DNA of 63,048 nucleotides, filler included, from Octopus bimaculoides (lineage: Eukaryota), in assembly GCF_001194135.2 (NCBI RefSeq). It is 4 parts of 4 records of this genome, joined end to end, with 100 filler letters (N's around TTAATTAATTAA, not from the genome) between each part and the next. Parts side by side here need not be neighbours in the genome. Positions count along the whole stretch, not along the records: positions 1 to 16,194 come from NC_068982.1; 3 more parts are not named here. One strand, written 5' to 3'. A model generated the notes under the pieces. The model made no database searches. It worked only from the letters and a program-made list of their open reading frames with translations, and was not told the origin of the DNA. Shown one piece after another: positions 1-12,600 of the stretch (positions within the stretch are counted from its first letter, which is position 1; each line of letters opens with the position of its first letter). The position numbers and the translations under genes were made by a program.

Positions 1-51
<51 letters not shown>

Positions 52-528
52 CCTGAAGGATAAACTACATATACATCACTTGATACTGTATTTGTTAATA
101 TTTTATAATAATTTTGACAAAAGAAACGCATTATAACGAATCTATATACATACATATATACATTATATATACATATACAGATGTGTGTGTGTGTGTGTGC
201 ATATGAAACAAAATCTTAAGGGTTTATACCTAACTTGTTCCACTGCTCAAAGGTATGTGCATGAAATTTTACACACACACACAAATACACATACACACAT
301 ATGCACACACATACAAACATACCCACATACATACATGCATATAATGTAGCTGAGCTACATTTCTGTGAAAGAAACACAATCACCAGCTGTTCCAAAATGC
401 CATCAAAATATGAAACCCCTTTCCTGTATGGTACAATGTTTTTGCATAAAGAATATACAAAGACATCTGTAGGAATGATTGATTACCCTGTGGCAATTCC
501 ACTGATATAGACTGTCTATACATTTTAG

Positions 529-625
529 CACAAAGAATATTCCAATCAAAACTTCAATCAAATGGAAATACAACACATTCGATATAGTCATCTGGGATAG
601 AAAACAGGGGAAGTTACTTTTCTGT
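529..625 (+). mobile_element. Degenerate fragment of an R4/Dong-type non-LTR retrotransposon restriction-like endonuclease
   Basis: IPIKTSIKWKYNTFDIVIWDRKQGK parallels the KCNHNRPDIMIWNREEK motif of the copy at 1758-2005. Confidence 0.45.
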
Positions 626-704
626 TATAACACCATTCATGTCTAAGATGTATATTTCATATACATATATATATATATACACACATACATAATGATAGAT
701 ATGT

Positions 705-735
<31 letters not shown>

Positions 736-950
736 NNNNNNNNNNNNNNNNNNNNNNNNNNNNNNNNNNNNNNNNNNNNNNNNNNNNNNNNNNNNNNNNN
801 NNNNNNNNNNNNNNNNNNNNNNNNNNNNNNNNNNNNNNNNNNNNNNNNNNNNNNNNNNNNNNNNNNNNNNNNNNNNNNNNNNNNNNNNNNNNNNNNNNNN
901 NNNNNNNNNNNNNNNNNNNNNNNNNNNNNNNNNNNNNNNNNNNNNTATAT

Positions 951-981
<31 letters not shown>

Positions 982-1036
982 TAGATAGATAGATAGATAG
1001 ATAGATATAGATAGATAGATAGATAGATAGATAGAT
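951..1036. repeat. (TAGA)n microsatellite
   Basis: Direct reading. Confidence 0.95.
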
Positions 1037-1319
1037 CCAATTCTTGATTAGCACTTTATTTTATTGACTCTGGAGCAGCCCAGAGGATGACAAGTTCAGA
1101 AACTATTGAAGTTAGAAAAACCAAGTTTTCTAATCAATTATCTCAGTTGTCAACAAAAGCTTTCTAACGAGCGAATTACTGATTTCTTATGGTGAGACTG
1201 AGAAGAGATCTTATGCAACTCAATGGAATTTTTTCTAAGAGTACGAGTTCTTCATTTTTGCTATATGTGGCGAAAGATATAAATGTATGTATGTATGTAT
1301 GCTATTATGCAGTTTTATT

Positions 1320-1410
1320 TCAAGATTTCTTGCCAATAGAGAAAGAGCCGGTTTCTAACCTAGACCTAAGACTACTACATCAGAATTTTAACATCAACAA
1401 CAGGGTATTT
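1320..1410 (-). repeat. Short interspersed repeat flanked by (CATA)n on both sides
   Basis: ctaggttagaaaccggctctttctctattggcaagaaatcttgaaataaaactg (minus strand) recurs on the plus strand at about 41000-41110. Confidence 0.75.
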
Positions 1411-1417
1411 TTGTGTG

Positions 1418-1448
<31 letters not shown>

Positions 1449-1526
1449 ATGTGCAGATTTGTATGTTTTGTTTTATGTATGTATTCNNNNNNNNNNTTAA
1501 CATCAACAACAGGGTATTTTTGTGTG

Positions 1527-1557
<31 letters not shown>

Positions 1558-1757
1558 ATGTGCAGATTTGTATGTTTTGTTTTATGTATGTATTCACATG
1601 CATATAGTTGCATATCAAGACATGCTCATATATATTTAAATGATAAACTTCTGGAAAGTTTTACAGATTTTTTTTTACAGTTCCAATGATGGATAGGATC
1701 TGTAGTCTTCAAATTAGCTTTCTCCTTTCTGGTTTTGAGGAGCCTTATTTCTCAAGA

Positions 1758-2005
1758 TTAGTATTTAGGTAGTGCATTACATATCCCAGGACCCCAATAA
1801 TTACAGGTATAAACCCGAACTTGCAATCTGGATGGAGTAACTGCAAGATTTCTCAATAGTTCAGCATAGGTATTCTCTTTTACCTTGATCTTCAGCTTTA
1901 TGTTAACATCTGTTGTGCAGCTAATTTCTCCAACTGTACACAATTTCTCTTCTCTATTCCAAATCATTATATCAGGTCTGTTGTGATTACATTTTGTGTA
2001 TATGT
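1758..2005 (-). mobile_element. R4/Dong-type non-LTR retrotransposon fragment (PD-(D/E)xK endonuclease)
   Basis: KCNHNRPDIMIWNREEKLCTVGEISCTTDVNIKLKIKVKENTYAELLRNL: the PD..E/D...K motif of REL-encoding LINEs. Confidence 0.75.
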
Positions 2006-2009
2006 ATTT

Positions 2010-2262
2010 ACGTGCAGGTGGCACGTAAAATACACCATTTTGAGCGTGGCCGTTGCCAGTACCGCCTGACTGGACTTCATGCCAGTGGCACGTAAAAGCA
2101 CCCACTACACTCTCGGAGTGGTTAGCGTTAGGAAGGGCATCCAGCTGTAGAAACTCTGTCAAATCAGATTGGAGCCTGGTGTAGCCATTTGGTTTCTCCA
2201 GTCTTCAGTCAAATCGTTCAACCCATGCTAGCATGGAAAGCGAACATTAAACGATGATGATG
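2010..2262 (+). mobile_element. RTE-type LINE 3' UTR fragment with (GAT)n tail
   Basis: Shares ggcacgtaaaagcacc...aggaagggcatccagctgtagaaac...catgc.agcatg.a...gatgatgat with the 3' end of the RTE copy at 10880-11775. Related minus-strand pieces lie at 6295-6480 and 10495-10550. Confidence 0.75.
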
Positions 2263-2308
2263 GTACTGCTGGAAAAGTATCTTATAGCCGGTTCTATTTT
2301 ATAAAGCA

Positions 2309-2364
<56 letters not shown>

Positions 2365-4374
2365 AAATTTCTACATTTTTGACATTCACAGTCATGAACT
2401 CAGAGAGAACCCTTATTAATCTATAAGCCATCATCACCCCTAAATCCCCGTTAAGTTGTTAGTATTAGAAAGAACTTTCATGTCTACATAAACCAATTGT
2501 GTTAACAACCTTAGAGTAATGGCAAAACAAACATACATATTTTCATAAAACCATTCAACTCATGTTTAACCTGAACAAATCAATATAAAGTAAATGTAAA
2601 AGTAAAATAATATGCAAAGACAAAAACAAAACCAAAAAAAATAAAATAAAATAAAATTCCAAGAATTCTTCAAATATTCAAAAGCAATGCTATATTCAGG
2701 AAATTCTTCAATTAAATTCCTCCAAGGTAATTTGGCCTCCCATATAATTTAATGATATTGAGTTCAGCTGTAACATGAACTATTATAACCAAGAACATAT
2801 ATTCATGATATGCTACTGATACAATTTTACACTATTTATGTCTAGCTACAGCTTTCTACATGATTTATAAACATAGCCGACTGACATTTAAGAGCTACAA
2901 TAGGCCAAATCAATTGTATTGGCCTACTGACTAAACTGGTTGACTTTCATATATCAACTGCTGCTACTGTAATGTATCTATGGCTGGGTAAGAGATCTAA
3001 TATGCCACCTGATTTCACATCACTAAGTGGTCTTTAGAGGCCTTTGGTATTGTCCACTCTGTTGGAAATGTTTTAGAGCATCCATATTTCTCCTGCAGAC
3101 ACTGACCTGCAGAGGTGGGTATTAGCTGCATCAACCTCCCCACACTGGGACTGCCTTCAAATATCATGGCCACTGTCTGTCCTCTCTGACTTATAAAAAT
3201 GTATTTAGCTCCAAAGGATCTGCACTATCTAGCCACAAATAAGAACTATGATGAAGTGCTACTTATTTATTCTGTATAAATATTTTATAAACTTGAATGT
3301 GGTTAAGAAGCTATAGCTGTGTGGTTATGGAGCTCATTTTGCAACCAAATGGTTTTGAGTTAAGTTCCACAGAATGGAACCATGGGCAAGTGGCTTCTGC
3401 TTTATCCTGGGCCAACCAAGGTATTAGGAGTAAATTTGAGTGTGTGTGTGTGTGCTTGCTTGTGTTTATCCTCCACCACTACTTGATAACTGGTTTGTTT
3501 ATATCCTTGTAACTTAGAAGTTTAGCAAAAAAGATGGATAAAATATGTACAAGACTTAAAATAAGTATTGGGCTTCATTTGCTCAACTAAACACTTCAAA
3601 GCAGTGCTCCAACATGGCAGCAGTTCAATGACTGAAACCAGTAAAAGATAAAAAACTGAAGTGCTCAGCTCAAATGTTACCATGAGTATTACCATGGCTT
3701 GGAGAAATCCTCACTTCAAGTCATTGAGATTAATCCTGCATTAACTGGAAAAAGCAAGTAATTCATTCTGTTTGAAATTACAGGATTTTAATTTCTTGAG
3801 ATGTTCTTTAAGCATCTACAGTTCTATGTTCTGGAACATTGGAGACATGTAAAGACTAGGTGGACAAGTTATTGGTCCATTAGCTCTGGAGTCAAATCGT
3901 TTTTTTCCTTGTTCTGTAGGTTTTTACTTGTGTTTCTAAGTTATATACTTAATACTATAAAAAAACTAGAGCCACTATAATTGTTGCTCTGCAATACACT
4001 GACAACTTATTTAGAAGGGAAATGACTTTTAACATCTTTCAAATATAGAGGGAAGCACATTGTGAGTCTTGAAGAGGTATTTATATCTATGTTTACAAAA
4101 AAATTATATATCAATAAGGATTGTAAGTCCCTAAACGCAATGTGCTTTATTAGCAATGTTGAACACTCTGAGTTCATGTAAAGGCAACTTGGATGAATAT
4201 GCTTTGTGGAACCCATAACTCTTCAGACTATAACCACAAGATGAATTGACCTTGACACAACCTAGAGCATTAGTGAAAGTAATCATTAGTTGGATGTATC
4301 TGTTTTCATCCTGGTTGAGTGAGTTACTCAGTCATTTATTCAATCAATCAATAATTACCCCCTTCACCACCATC

Positions 4375-5270
4375 CTCATCCTCATCTTTATTATAATCAT
4401 CATTTAATGTCAGTCTTCCATGCTGGCATGGGTCGGACAGTTTGATATGAGCTGGCAAGCCAGAGAACAGCAACAGGCTCCAGTGTATGCTTTAATATGG
4501 TTTTTACAGCTGGATGTCCTTTGCAACACCAACCACTTTATAGTGTCTACTGGTTGTTTTTTATGTGGCACCACCACCAGCGGGGTTGCCAAATAACTTA
4601 CAAGATGAAGACCTCTTAGCTGGGAGAGGGAGTGGAACTGAGGGAAGTGGCTTTGTGCCAGGTGAGAAGTTAGAATGTAATAGAGGGATAGGGATAGGTG
4701 CCTTACTAAGGAGGAGATTACTTGGCTACCCCAGTAGGAAAAGAGGAAAAAATGAGGAGAGGAAGGAGAGAGTTAGAGAGAATGACAGACAGTCAGAGAG
4801 AGAGAGAAATAGATGGTGTTGGATATGCACTGGAAGCTACCCACAGATAGCAGTGGGGGTGGAGTATAAGTGGTACAGAGGATATAGAGGGGTATGTTCC
4901 ATAAGATTGTGAAGGGAGATGTTCAGAGATGGGGAAGAGGTGACTGTAGCAAGTGCTGGTGAGAGAAACTGGATGGCTGGTAGTTTGGAGTATGGTAGAT
5001 ATATGAGGGTAAGGAGAGTGTGCAGAAAAGCATGAGAGGAGAAAGTGGAGGGGACTGTAGTGGGTAGTGATCATGAGTATTGGGATGGGAGGTTTTGGGA
5101 AGATGGATTGCAGGGGCGTTTTGACAAGGGACAGATTGTGTATAAGTGTGTGTGTGTGGGGGGGGAACAGGATGCATGGCCATATCTGCATGTATTGATG
5201 GTCACATTTTACTTAACTTGACATGTCTTTTCAAGCAGAGCCATTCACCACAAGTCTCAATCCCTTGTCA
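4375..5270 (-). mobile_element. RTE-type LINE 3' end with a long GA-rich internal stretch
   Basis: The RTE ORF-end motif at 5210-5270 and the 3' tail at 4375-4560 are homologous to 11270-11340 and 11570-11730; they are separated by purine-rich low-complexity DNA. Confidence 0.6.
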
Positions 5271-5477
5271 TCCCCTTTGTAGTCCTGGTCAAGGACACAA
5301 TACAGTACCAACAATAAGATGTGAATTTCTATTCAGCCAATCATTTATTTAGTAGATTATCCATTTACCAATCTGCTCCCTCTAATCAGTGTTATCAAAT
5401 CATAAACTAACATGGCAGACAGAAGACCTTATTAAATTTGTACCAGAGTAGATGAGTCAACAAATGTGTGTACATAC

Positions 5478-5627
5478 CGTGATGCAGATACATGGGTAAC
5501 CTTGAATTGGTTCCCTGGACAAATCATTGCCATAATCTCGCAATGATATTACAATTGGTTCCGTGGGAAAAGTGACATCAGCCAACTTCTTACGTTCTTC
5601 AATGTATACAAAAGCTTGGATATTTTG
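5478..5627 (-). CDS. FREM2: FREM2/ECM3-like exon (start of the post-Calx-beta conserved region), phase 0-0
   Basis: Acceptor tcatttatttgtag, donor gtatgt; 150 nt: QNIQAFVYIEERKKLADVTFPTEPIVISLRDYGNDLSREPIQGYPCICIT, matching FREM2-type A.VYIEE...ADVTFP..P...SL..Y......P..GYP.ICIT. Confidence 0.93.
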
Positions 5628-7353
5628 CTACAAATAAATGACACAATAGTTAATAAATTAAAATAGAATATAAAACCATTGTTCATGTAATTTCTAATGA
5701 AGCATAATGCTCATTACTTTTTTTGTGAAATAGAAGCAAAATTAATTAGTTCTTAACCTTAGTAATTCTACAGCAATTTATTTTAACATGTGACATACTA
5801 ATATGAAAAATAATACATGGATTGTTCATGTGTGTGTGTGTGTGTGTGTGTGTACATGTATATGTGTATGTTTGTTTGTGCATATATTAGGGCAAAGACT
5901 TTCCATAACCACTCCTTAACACCTACTTCCCTACTTCTACCAATATCCTCTGTGAATCAAATTTTAATGAAGCTCATTCTTTGCTGTTCTTTCTCTCTAC
6001 CTCCTTCCAAGCCCATTTGATGAACTGAGCACACTCTTCCTTACTAGCTATGTCCTTCAAACCTCTGCAACACTCTCATATTAAACCCTTTCTTCAATCA
6101 TTTCTCTCCAGAATCAGAACCCTCTGAGATTCTCTCCCTCCCTACATTTTTTCTTACAGTCACCAAATCAAGAATTTCCAGATGAGTGTCAACTATACAA
6201 ATCTCAACCAATCTGCAAGAGTTTCCAAAAGTATTGAGTATTACTCCTCTTTTCTTTTTTCTCTCTTACAAAATAAGAAAGAAATCGGTAAACTTCAACT
6301 CATTGCTGCTGCTGTTGTTATCATGGTCATCATTATCTTTCATATTGGTATGGATTGGGTAGTTTGACAAGATCTGATGGGGCTGAAGACAGCTTTAGCA
6401 CATTTTCTACAGCTGGATACCCTTCTTAATACCAACCACTTTACAGAGTGTTCTAGATGCTTTTTTCATAGCAACAACACTAATGAAACTGCCATGGAAC
6501 TCATAAGACTAAGATCTATTTTGACAATGTGGGGCTACAGTAGATTAAAAACGATTATCCCCCTCTCTCGCTTAATCTGATGATGGCTCTTGAAGATGCT
6601 GAACTCTCAACTCATCTTGCCTTGCTATTTCCATAGATTTTGGAGACTCAAAACAAATGCCAACAAGCTCAGAGACAAAAGAAATCGGTAAGGTGTAGTT
6701 ATCAACATAATACTCTTACGGTTGACTGTATAGATTTGTTCTTTAACTGGAGATCAGTCTTCACTGAGCAGACCTATGACTGAGGATGTTCTGATTGTGA
6801 CCACGCTAACTATTTTCCTGGCACATCAAGAACTACATTACCAGGTATGTGCTTTACTTTTCAAAATGGCATAGTGAGATTTGAAGGAGATTTTGGTGCT
6901 ATTTTTAGAGAACTAAACAGTTGTATAAATGCTTTATTTCTGATTTGCTTACTCACAGATCAATCATAATTGACCAGAACTATAATCAAATATGTTCTAG
7001 CCATGACCATCTGATCTTATCAAATACCTTGAGATAGTATGGCATGATTGTTTTGAGATATGGCTGCTACTTCTTGCAAATTGCTTGACCACATGTCTTC
7101 TCTATTGACTTCAGATGAATGAGTTTAGTCAAGTGTTTCTTGCTTTTGCTTCAATTAATTTTGAAAATAACAAAGAATTTAGTAAAATAACTTTTTCATT
7201 ATTAAGCTCAAGTTTGGAGCATCATAAATCAACATGAAATTTTGATGCAAAGTTTTAATTCAGATGACTTTAGAACAGAAAGATTTTATCTTAGAAGTGG
7301 TTTGGTATCAAAAGAGCTCTTGAAGATTGTCATGTGACATGTCAGCTACTAAC

Positions 7354-7484
7354 CTTTACTTCTGCTACCAAGTTCTGATCTGGTCTTAGATGAACAGTGA
7401 AGAATTCTTTCATTTCTTTCTCGTTATCATGCAAGACTTCAATCTCTATGATGTTGTGAGATACATTAACACTGAAGACAAGTT
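7354..7484 (-). CDS. FREM2: FREM2/ECM3-like exon (end of last Calx-beta repeat), phase 1-0
   Basis: Acceptor gtttccttttcag, donor gttagt; 131 nt: LVFSVNVSHNIIEIEVLHDNEKEMKEFFTVHLRPDQNLVAEVK, matching the FREM2-type EIEV..D..REM.E.FTVHL.PD.N..AE motif. Phases compatible on both sides. Confidence 0.92.
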
Positions 7485-8487
7485 CTGAAAAGGAAACATC
7501 CAAAAACAATGAGAAAATCATTTAAATGAGGTTTATTGTACAGTGCAAAGAGGAACCTCCTTAAAGGGAACATCATTAAAGAGATAATGCTTCCTTTTCT
7601 GAACGAGCTGTGTGTGTGTTTGTGTTTGTGTGTCTGTGTGGCCATATGTGAAGACATAACAGAAGAGTTAAGAAGTTCAGTTTGGAATATGCTGCACCTT
7701 AGGCAAGTATCTTCTATCATAGCCATGGGTGAACACAAAATTGTGTGTAAAACTAAGTAGATGGAAACTGGAAGCATATTCAATGGGTTGTTGTGATCAG
7801 AAGGCCAAACTTTACTACTCACAGTGTTATGCTGAGTCTGCCTGAAGATAGATGAGTTTGTAAAGTAGACTTTTACAGTATAATTAATTAACATTGTCAT
7901 TTATTTTAATTATATAATGAGCAAGTAACTTTACTGACTGATCAACTGTCAAAACTGACTAGAGATCCATTATCATATAGCTTTGCACGTGCATATGTGC
8001 CGGGTAAGTTATTATTAAGGAGACTTTTAAGGCACTGAGCTGGCAGAACTGTCAGCAGCCCAGATAAAATGCTTAATGGCATTTTGTCTGTCTTTACATG
8101 CTGAGTTCAAATTCTGTTGAAGTTGATTTTGCTTTTCATCTTTTTGGGTTGATAAAAAAAGTATCAGTTGAGTATAGGGGCTGATGTAATCAACTTCCTC
8201 CACTGTCCTCAAAAACTGTTGGCTCTGTGCCAAAATTTGAAACCACTATTAAGAAGGCATTGCCACAAGGAAACTAGGTTGGTATTGAAGAAAAATTGCT
8301 GTGTAGTACATGATTTAGTCTTTTCTGTACCGAGTTTAGCTTCTGCCAAGGTCAAGGTCAACTTAACTTTATCCTTCAGAAAAATGATAAGATAAAATAC
8401 CAATGAAAGTTTGGGGTTGACTGTGTTCCCTTCCTGAAAATTTCCAGTCATGTAACTATGTCAGAAATTATATATATAAGAAATTAC

Positions 8488-8670
8488 CTCTAGATATTCC
8501 ATTGTAATCTCTTCCAGCAATTGCTGAGCCATCTTCAGTGTGGACCCTTACCACAGATGTCTTGGACAGGTCACCATAGCGAGCTACAGGGATTCGAACA
8601 AATGCAACTTCTCCATACTCAAAGGGTTCTTTAACAGAAAACTCAATGTTTTCAAACTTGATGACAGGTT
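8488..8670 (-). CDS. FREM2: FREM2/ECM3-like exon (last Calx-beta repeat, N-terminal part), phase 1-1
   Basis: Acceptor tcttctttttcctttttcag, donor gtaatt; 183 nt: PVIKFENIEFSVKEPFEYGEVAFVRIPVARYGDLSKTSVVRVHTEDGSAIAGRDYNGISR(E). Shows the Calx-beta pattern F..EFSV.E...RIPV.R.GD.SK.S.VRVHT.DGSA..G.DY. Confidence 0.93.
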
Positions 8671-8729
8671 CTGAAAAAGGAAAAAGAAGAGATTATAACA
8701 GACACCTACCTGGATAGACAATGACAGAA

Positions 8730-8732
<3 letters not shown>

Positions 8733-8817
<85 letters not shown>
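8733..8817. repeat. (GA)n microsatellite just upstream of a FREM2-like exon acceptor
   Basis: Direct reading; reads (CT)n on the transcribed strand. Confidence 0.95.
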
Positions 8818-8820
<3 letters not shown>

Positions 8821-9300
8821 GAACAGAATGCCTTTAGTCACATTCCTTTGTGAATGTGAATGTCACCGGGTTTCCTACAGTTTTTTTGTCCTTTTAGGGT
8901 TGATGATAGAGACACTGGCAAAAGTGGAGCAAAGTGGTGTGTGTGTGAAAAGGTAAGACTATTACCCTCAGCCCATGCAAGTACTTATTCTATTGGTCTC
9001 TGTTGCTGTACTGCTAAGTTACAGGGATGTAACTACACCAACATCGGTTGTCAAATGGTGAAGGTGGGGACAAATACAGAAACAAGCACACAAGCACACA
9101 AATATATGTATATATATATATATATATATATACAATGGGCTTCTTTCAGTTTCCATCTATAAAATCCACTCACAAGGCTTTGGTTGGCCTGAGGCTATAG
9201 TAGAAGACACTTGTCCAAGGTGCCAAACAGTGTGGGGCTGAACCTGGAATCATGTGATGATTGGGAAGTAAGCTTCTTACCACAGAGCCATGCCTGTGAC

Positions 9301-9366
<66 letters not shown>

Positions 9367-9460
9367 TTAGGGATAAAAATCCAAATTTACAGGTAAAGAC
9401 TCAATTTAATTTAATTCATCAAAAATTAAAATTAAATTAAGTTTCACAGTATATAATATA

Positions 9461-9687
9461 TAAATATATAATTTAGAGAAAAGAACCACAGTTCCTGAAC
9501 TCATCCATGAAAATCCAGTCACATATAGAAAAATTACAAAGTAATAATTATTAAAATAATATTATTACTTTGTATTTTATTATAGTTCTTTTTAGTGTAT
9601 TTACTTATTAAATTTTTCTATACGTGACTGCAGATTTTCATGGATGAGTTCAGGAACTGTGGTTCTTTTCTCTAAATTATATATTTA
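9461..9687. repeat. Near-perfect ~75-bp inverted repeat (hairpin) in a FREM2-like intron
   Basis: 9461-9535 (atttagagaaaagaaccacagttcctgaactcatccatgaaaat...) is the reverse complement of 9611-9687 apart from a 2-nt indel and one or two mismatches; AT-rich 75-nt spacer. Confidence 0.9.
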
Positions 9688-10192
9688 TGTATATATATAC
9701 ATGACAGGCTTCTACACAGTTTCTCTTTAACAAACTCATTCACAAGGCATTCATCAGACTGAGGCTATTGTAAAAAAGACACAAGTTAATTCTGCAATGT
9801 CATATTTATAACAAGATTGTATCAGATAAGAAGAAGAAATATTTAATATTTCAAGTTCAGCCATTCTCATCTCATTATAGACACTTTATTCAAGTTTGTC
9901 GCAACACTAATATATATATACAAAAATAACCCATAATAATCCACATTTTGTCAGATTATTGAATATATGAATAATTTGTTATTGTTAATGTTAGACAACT
10001 TGTCACTTACACCTATAACCCTGCAGATGGCACTCCTCTGTCAGATTTATTATCGGTGAAAATTATATTGCATTAGTCTTCATAGTCTCATTGGTGTATT
10101 TTACTTCTACTTTCTGTTGTCACAGATACAATTATACAGCTGATGTAGCTCATTATTGTATGTTATATTATATTCTCTGTCTATCAGCCTGC

Positions 10193-10230
<38 letters not shown>

Positions 10231-10879
10231 ATATGTTTGTGTGCGTGCATGTGTATACATATATATATATATAGTGTGTGTGTGTATGAGTGTAATATCT
10301 ACATTTATTATCTATATCTATCTATCTCTCTCTCTATATATATATATATGTGCATATCATCATCATCATCATCATCAGACATTAAACAATGATGATGATG
10401 ATGATGATGATAATGATGAGAGCGAGATAGATATAGATAAATAAATATAGATATTACATTCACTCACACATGTACTATATATATACTATGTATATATAAT
10501 CATCAACATTATCATTTAACATCCATTTCCCATGCTGGCATGGGTTCAACATTATATAGATAAATATATTACCATTTAACTTTTACTTGTTTCACTCACT
10601 GGACTTTGGTCATTGTGGGACACTGCTTTGAAGGGTTTAGTCAAGCAAATCAACTAGAGTACTTATTTTTTTCATCCTTGGAACTTATTCTATCAACTTA
10701 ATTTACTGAACTGCTTAGTTACAAGGACATAAGCAAACCAACACCAGCTGTCAAGTGGTGGTGGTAGGACAAACACAGTCACACACACACACACACGTAT
10801 ATATATATATATATATGTATATATTGTTGTTTACTTTTGTACGTCCAACCTCTATAATTTTGTTTGCTCGAGTCCTAAT

Positions 10880-11775
10880 ACTGGGCCTCTCTCTCAGAGT
10901 GAAAGGCAGATTGTATGATGCCTGCATGTGAACAGCTATACTACATGGCAGTAAAACATCGACTGTGACAGCTGAGGACATGTATAGGTTTGAAAGAAAT
11001 GAAGCCAGTATGCTTCACTGGATGTGCAATGTCAGTGTGCATGTTTGACAATGTGTAAGCATCTTGAGAGAAAAGTTGGGCATAAGAAGTATCAGATGTG
11101 GTGTGCAAGAGAGATGACTGCACTGGTATGGTCATGTGATGTGTATGGATGAGGACAGTTGCGTAAAGAAGTGCTGATTTCTAACTGTGGGGGAAACCTG
11201 TGGTAGAGGTAGACCCAGGAAGACATGGGACAGGGTGGTGAAGCAAGATCTTTGAACTTTGGGCTTCATAGAGGCAATGACTAGTGACTGAGACCTTTGG
11301 CAATATGCTGTGCTTGAAAAGACACGTCAAGCCAAGGGAAATCATAGTCATGATTGATGCTGATGTCACACAACTGGCACCCGTGCTGGTGGTATGTAAA
11401 AAGCACCTTTGGAGTGTTGGGCCTCACAGAGGCAAAGTGTTGGGCCACATGCAGGCAATGACTGAGACCATTGGCATTATGCTGTGCTTGAGAAGGCCCA
11501 TCAAGCCAAACAAAATCGCAGTTGTGATGGATACCAGTGTCACACAAATGGCACCCATGCCGGTGTCACGTAAAAGCACCTATTACGCTCTCAGAGTGGT
11601 TGGCATTAGGAAGGGCATCCAGCTGTAGAAACCATGCCAAATCAGACTGGAGTCTGGTGTAACCTTCCAGCTTGCCAGCCCTGGTCAAACCATCCAACTC
11701 ATGCCAGCATGAATAATGGATGCTAAATGATGGTGACGATGATGATGATAATGATGATGATGATAATGATGATGA
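10880..11775 (+). mobile_element. 5'-truncated RTE-type LINE (RT C-terminus, duplicated 3' module, (GAT)n tail)
   Basis: GLSLRVKGRLYDAC..AILHGS...FERNEASMLHWMC...LREKLGIRSI....ER*LHWYGHVM.MDEDSCVKKC...GRGRPRKTWDRVVKQDL: typical RTE C-terminal motifs, with several stops. Confidence 0.85.
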
Positions 11776-11866
11776 TGAGATATAAAGATATAAGAAAATA
11801 AAATCATAATTCGAAAAATAAGATAAAACATTTAAATGTAATGTAATCAAATGCAAATAAACTTAC

Positions 11867-12031
11867 TGTCAGCAAGGTCAGTGAGCCTGATTGTGGTGAC
11901 ATTTCTTTTGCCAACTTTAGCTTTCTTCAGTGATGGACTCCAAGGATTGCCAAGCACCATATAAAATTCTTCTTCTTCTTCATGAATGTGGTCTCCCATT
12001 AGTTTGACAGCACACTGTTTCTCTCGTTCAC
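11867..12031 (-). CDS. FREM2: FREM2/ECM3-like exon (Calx-beta repeat, C-terminal half), phase 1-1
   Basis: Acceptor atgttttacag, donor gtaagt; 165 nt open: (G)EREKQCAVKLMGDHIHEEEEEFYMVLGNPWSPSLKKAKVGKRNVTTIRLTDLAD(K). Resembles the FREM2 Calx-beta segment GETEKPC...YEEVEELRLVLGTP...VGEQNETLIRIRDDADK (recalled, not searched). Joins in frame to exon 8488-8670. Confidence 0.9.
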
Positions 12032-12600
12032 CTGTAAAACATATTATCAATGCAATAAACTTTGAGTGTTGAAGACAGCAAAGTGGCAGAATTAGTAGCA
12101 TTTTGTTCATCTTTACGTTCTGAGTTCAAATTCTGCCAAGGTCGACTTTGCCTTTCAGAATTTCAGGGCTGATAAAATAAGTAGTGCTGGAGCACTGGGG
12201 TTGATGTAATTGACTTATCTACTCCCCTGAAGTTACTGGCCTTGTGCCAAAATTTGAAGCCAATAAACTTTGAGTACCATTTTTAGTTCTGTTAAGACAG
12301 TTAGTCCAAAGCTGATTTATTTATATTGAGTTGACAGTAATTAGTAAGGAATAAAATGCGATGGATTTAGTCAAAATAAAATGATTTCATCATAAACTGG
12401 GCTCTTACCATAACATGGAGTGGACACCACAGGTTAATAAGAAAACTCTATGGACAGTGTCCTTACTGGTTAGCATATTTAGTTATACCTATCTATCCCA
12501 CAAACTCAGTTAATATATTTTGTCTGTAGTTATAAACTATTGACCCTTGGGGATCCATATAAGAGTTTGCCATTAAAATTTATGTGTAACAAAATAGTTT

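Noticed and set aside
1325-1404. Exon-like plus-strand frame DFLPIEKEPVSNLDLRLLHQNFNINNR with AG/GT ends
   Set aside because: It is the reverse complement of an interspersed repeat also found at 41000-41110.
1387-1596. Exact 100-bp tandem duplication either side of a 10-N gap
   Set aside because: Identical copies flanking a minimal gap indicate an unmerged contig overlap, not biology.
8546-8551. Consensus donor gtaagg inside the FREM2-like exon
   Set aside because: The frame continues through it as VRVHTEDGSA, and only the donor at 8487 gives the right phase for the next exon.
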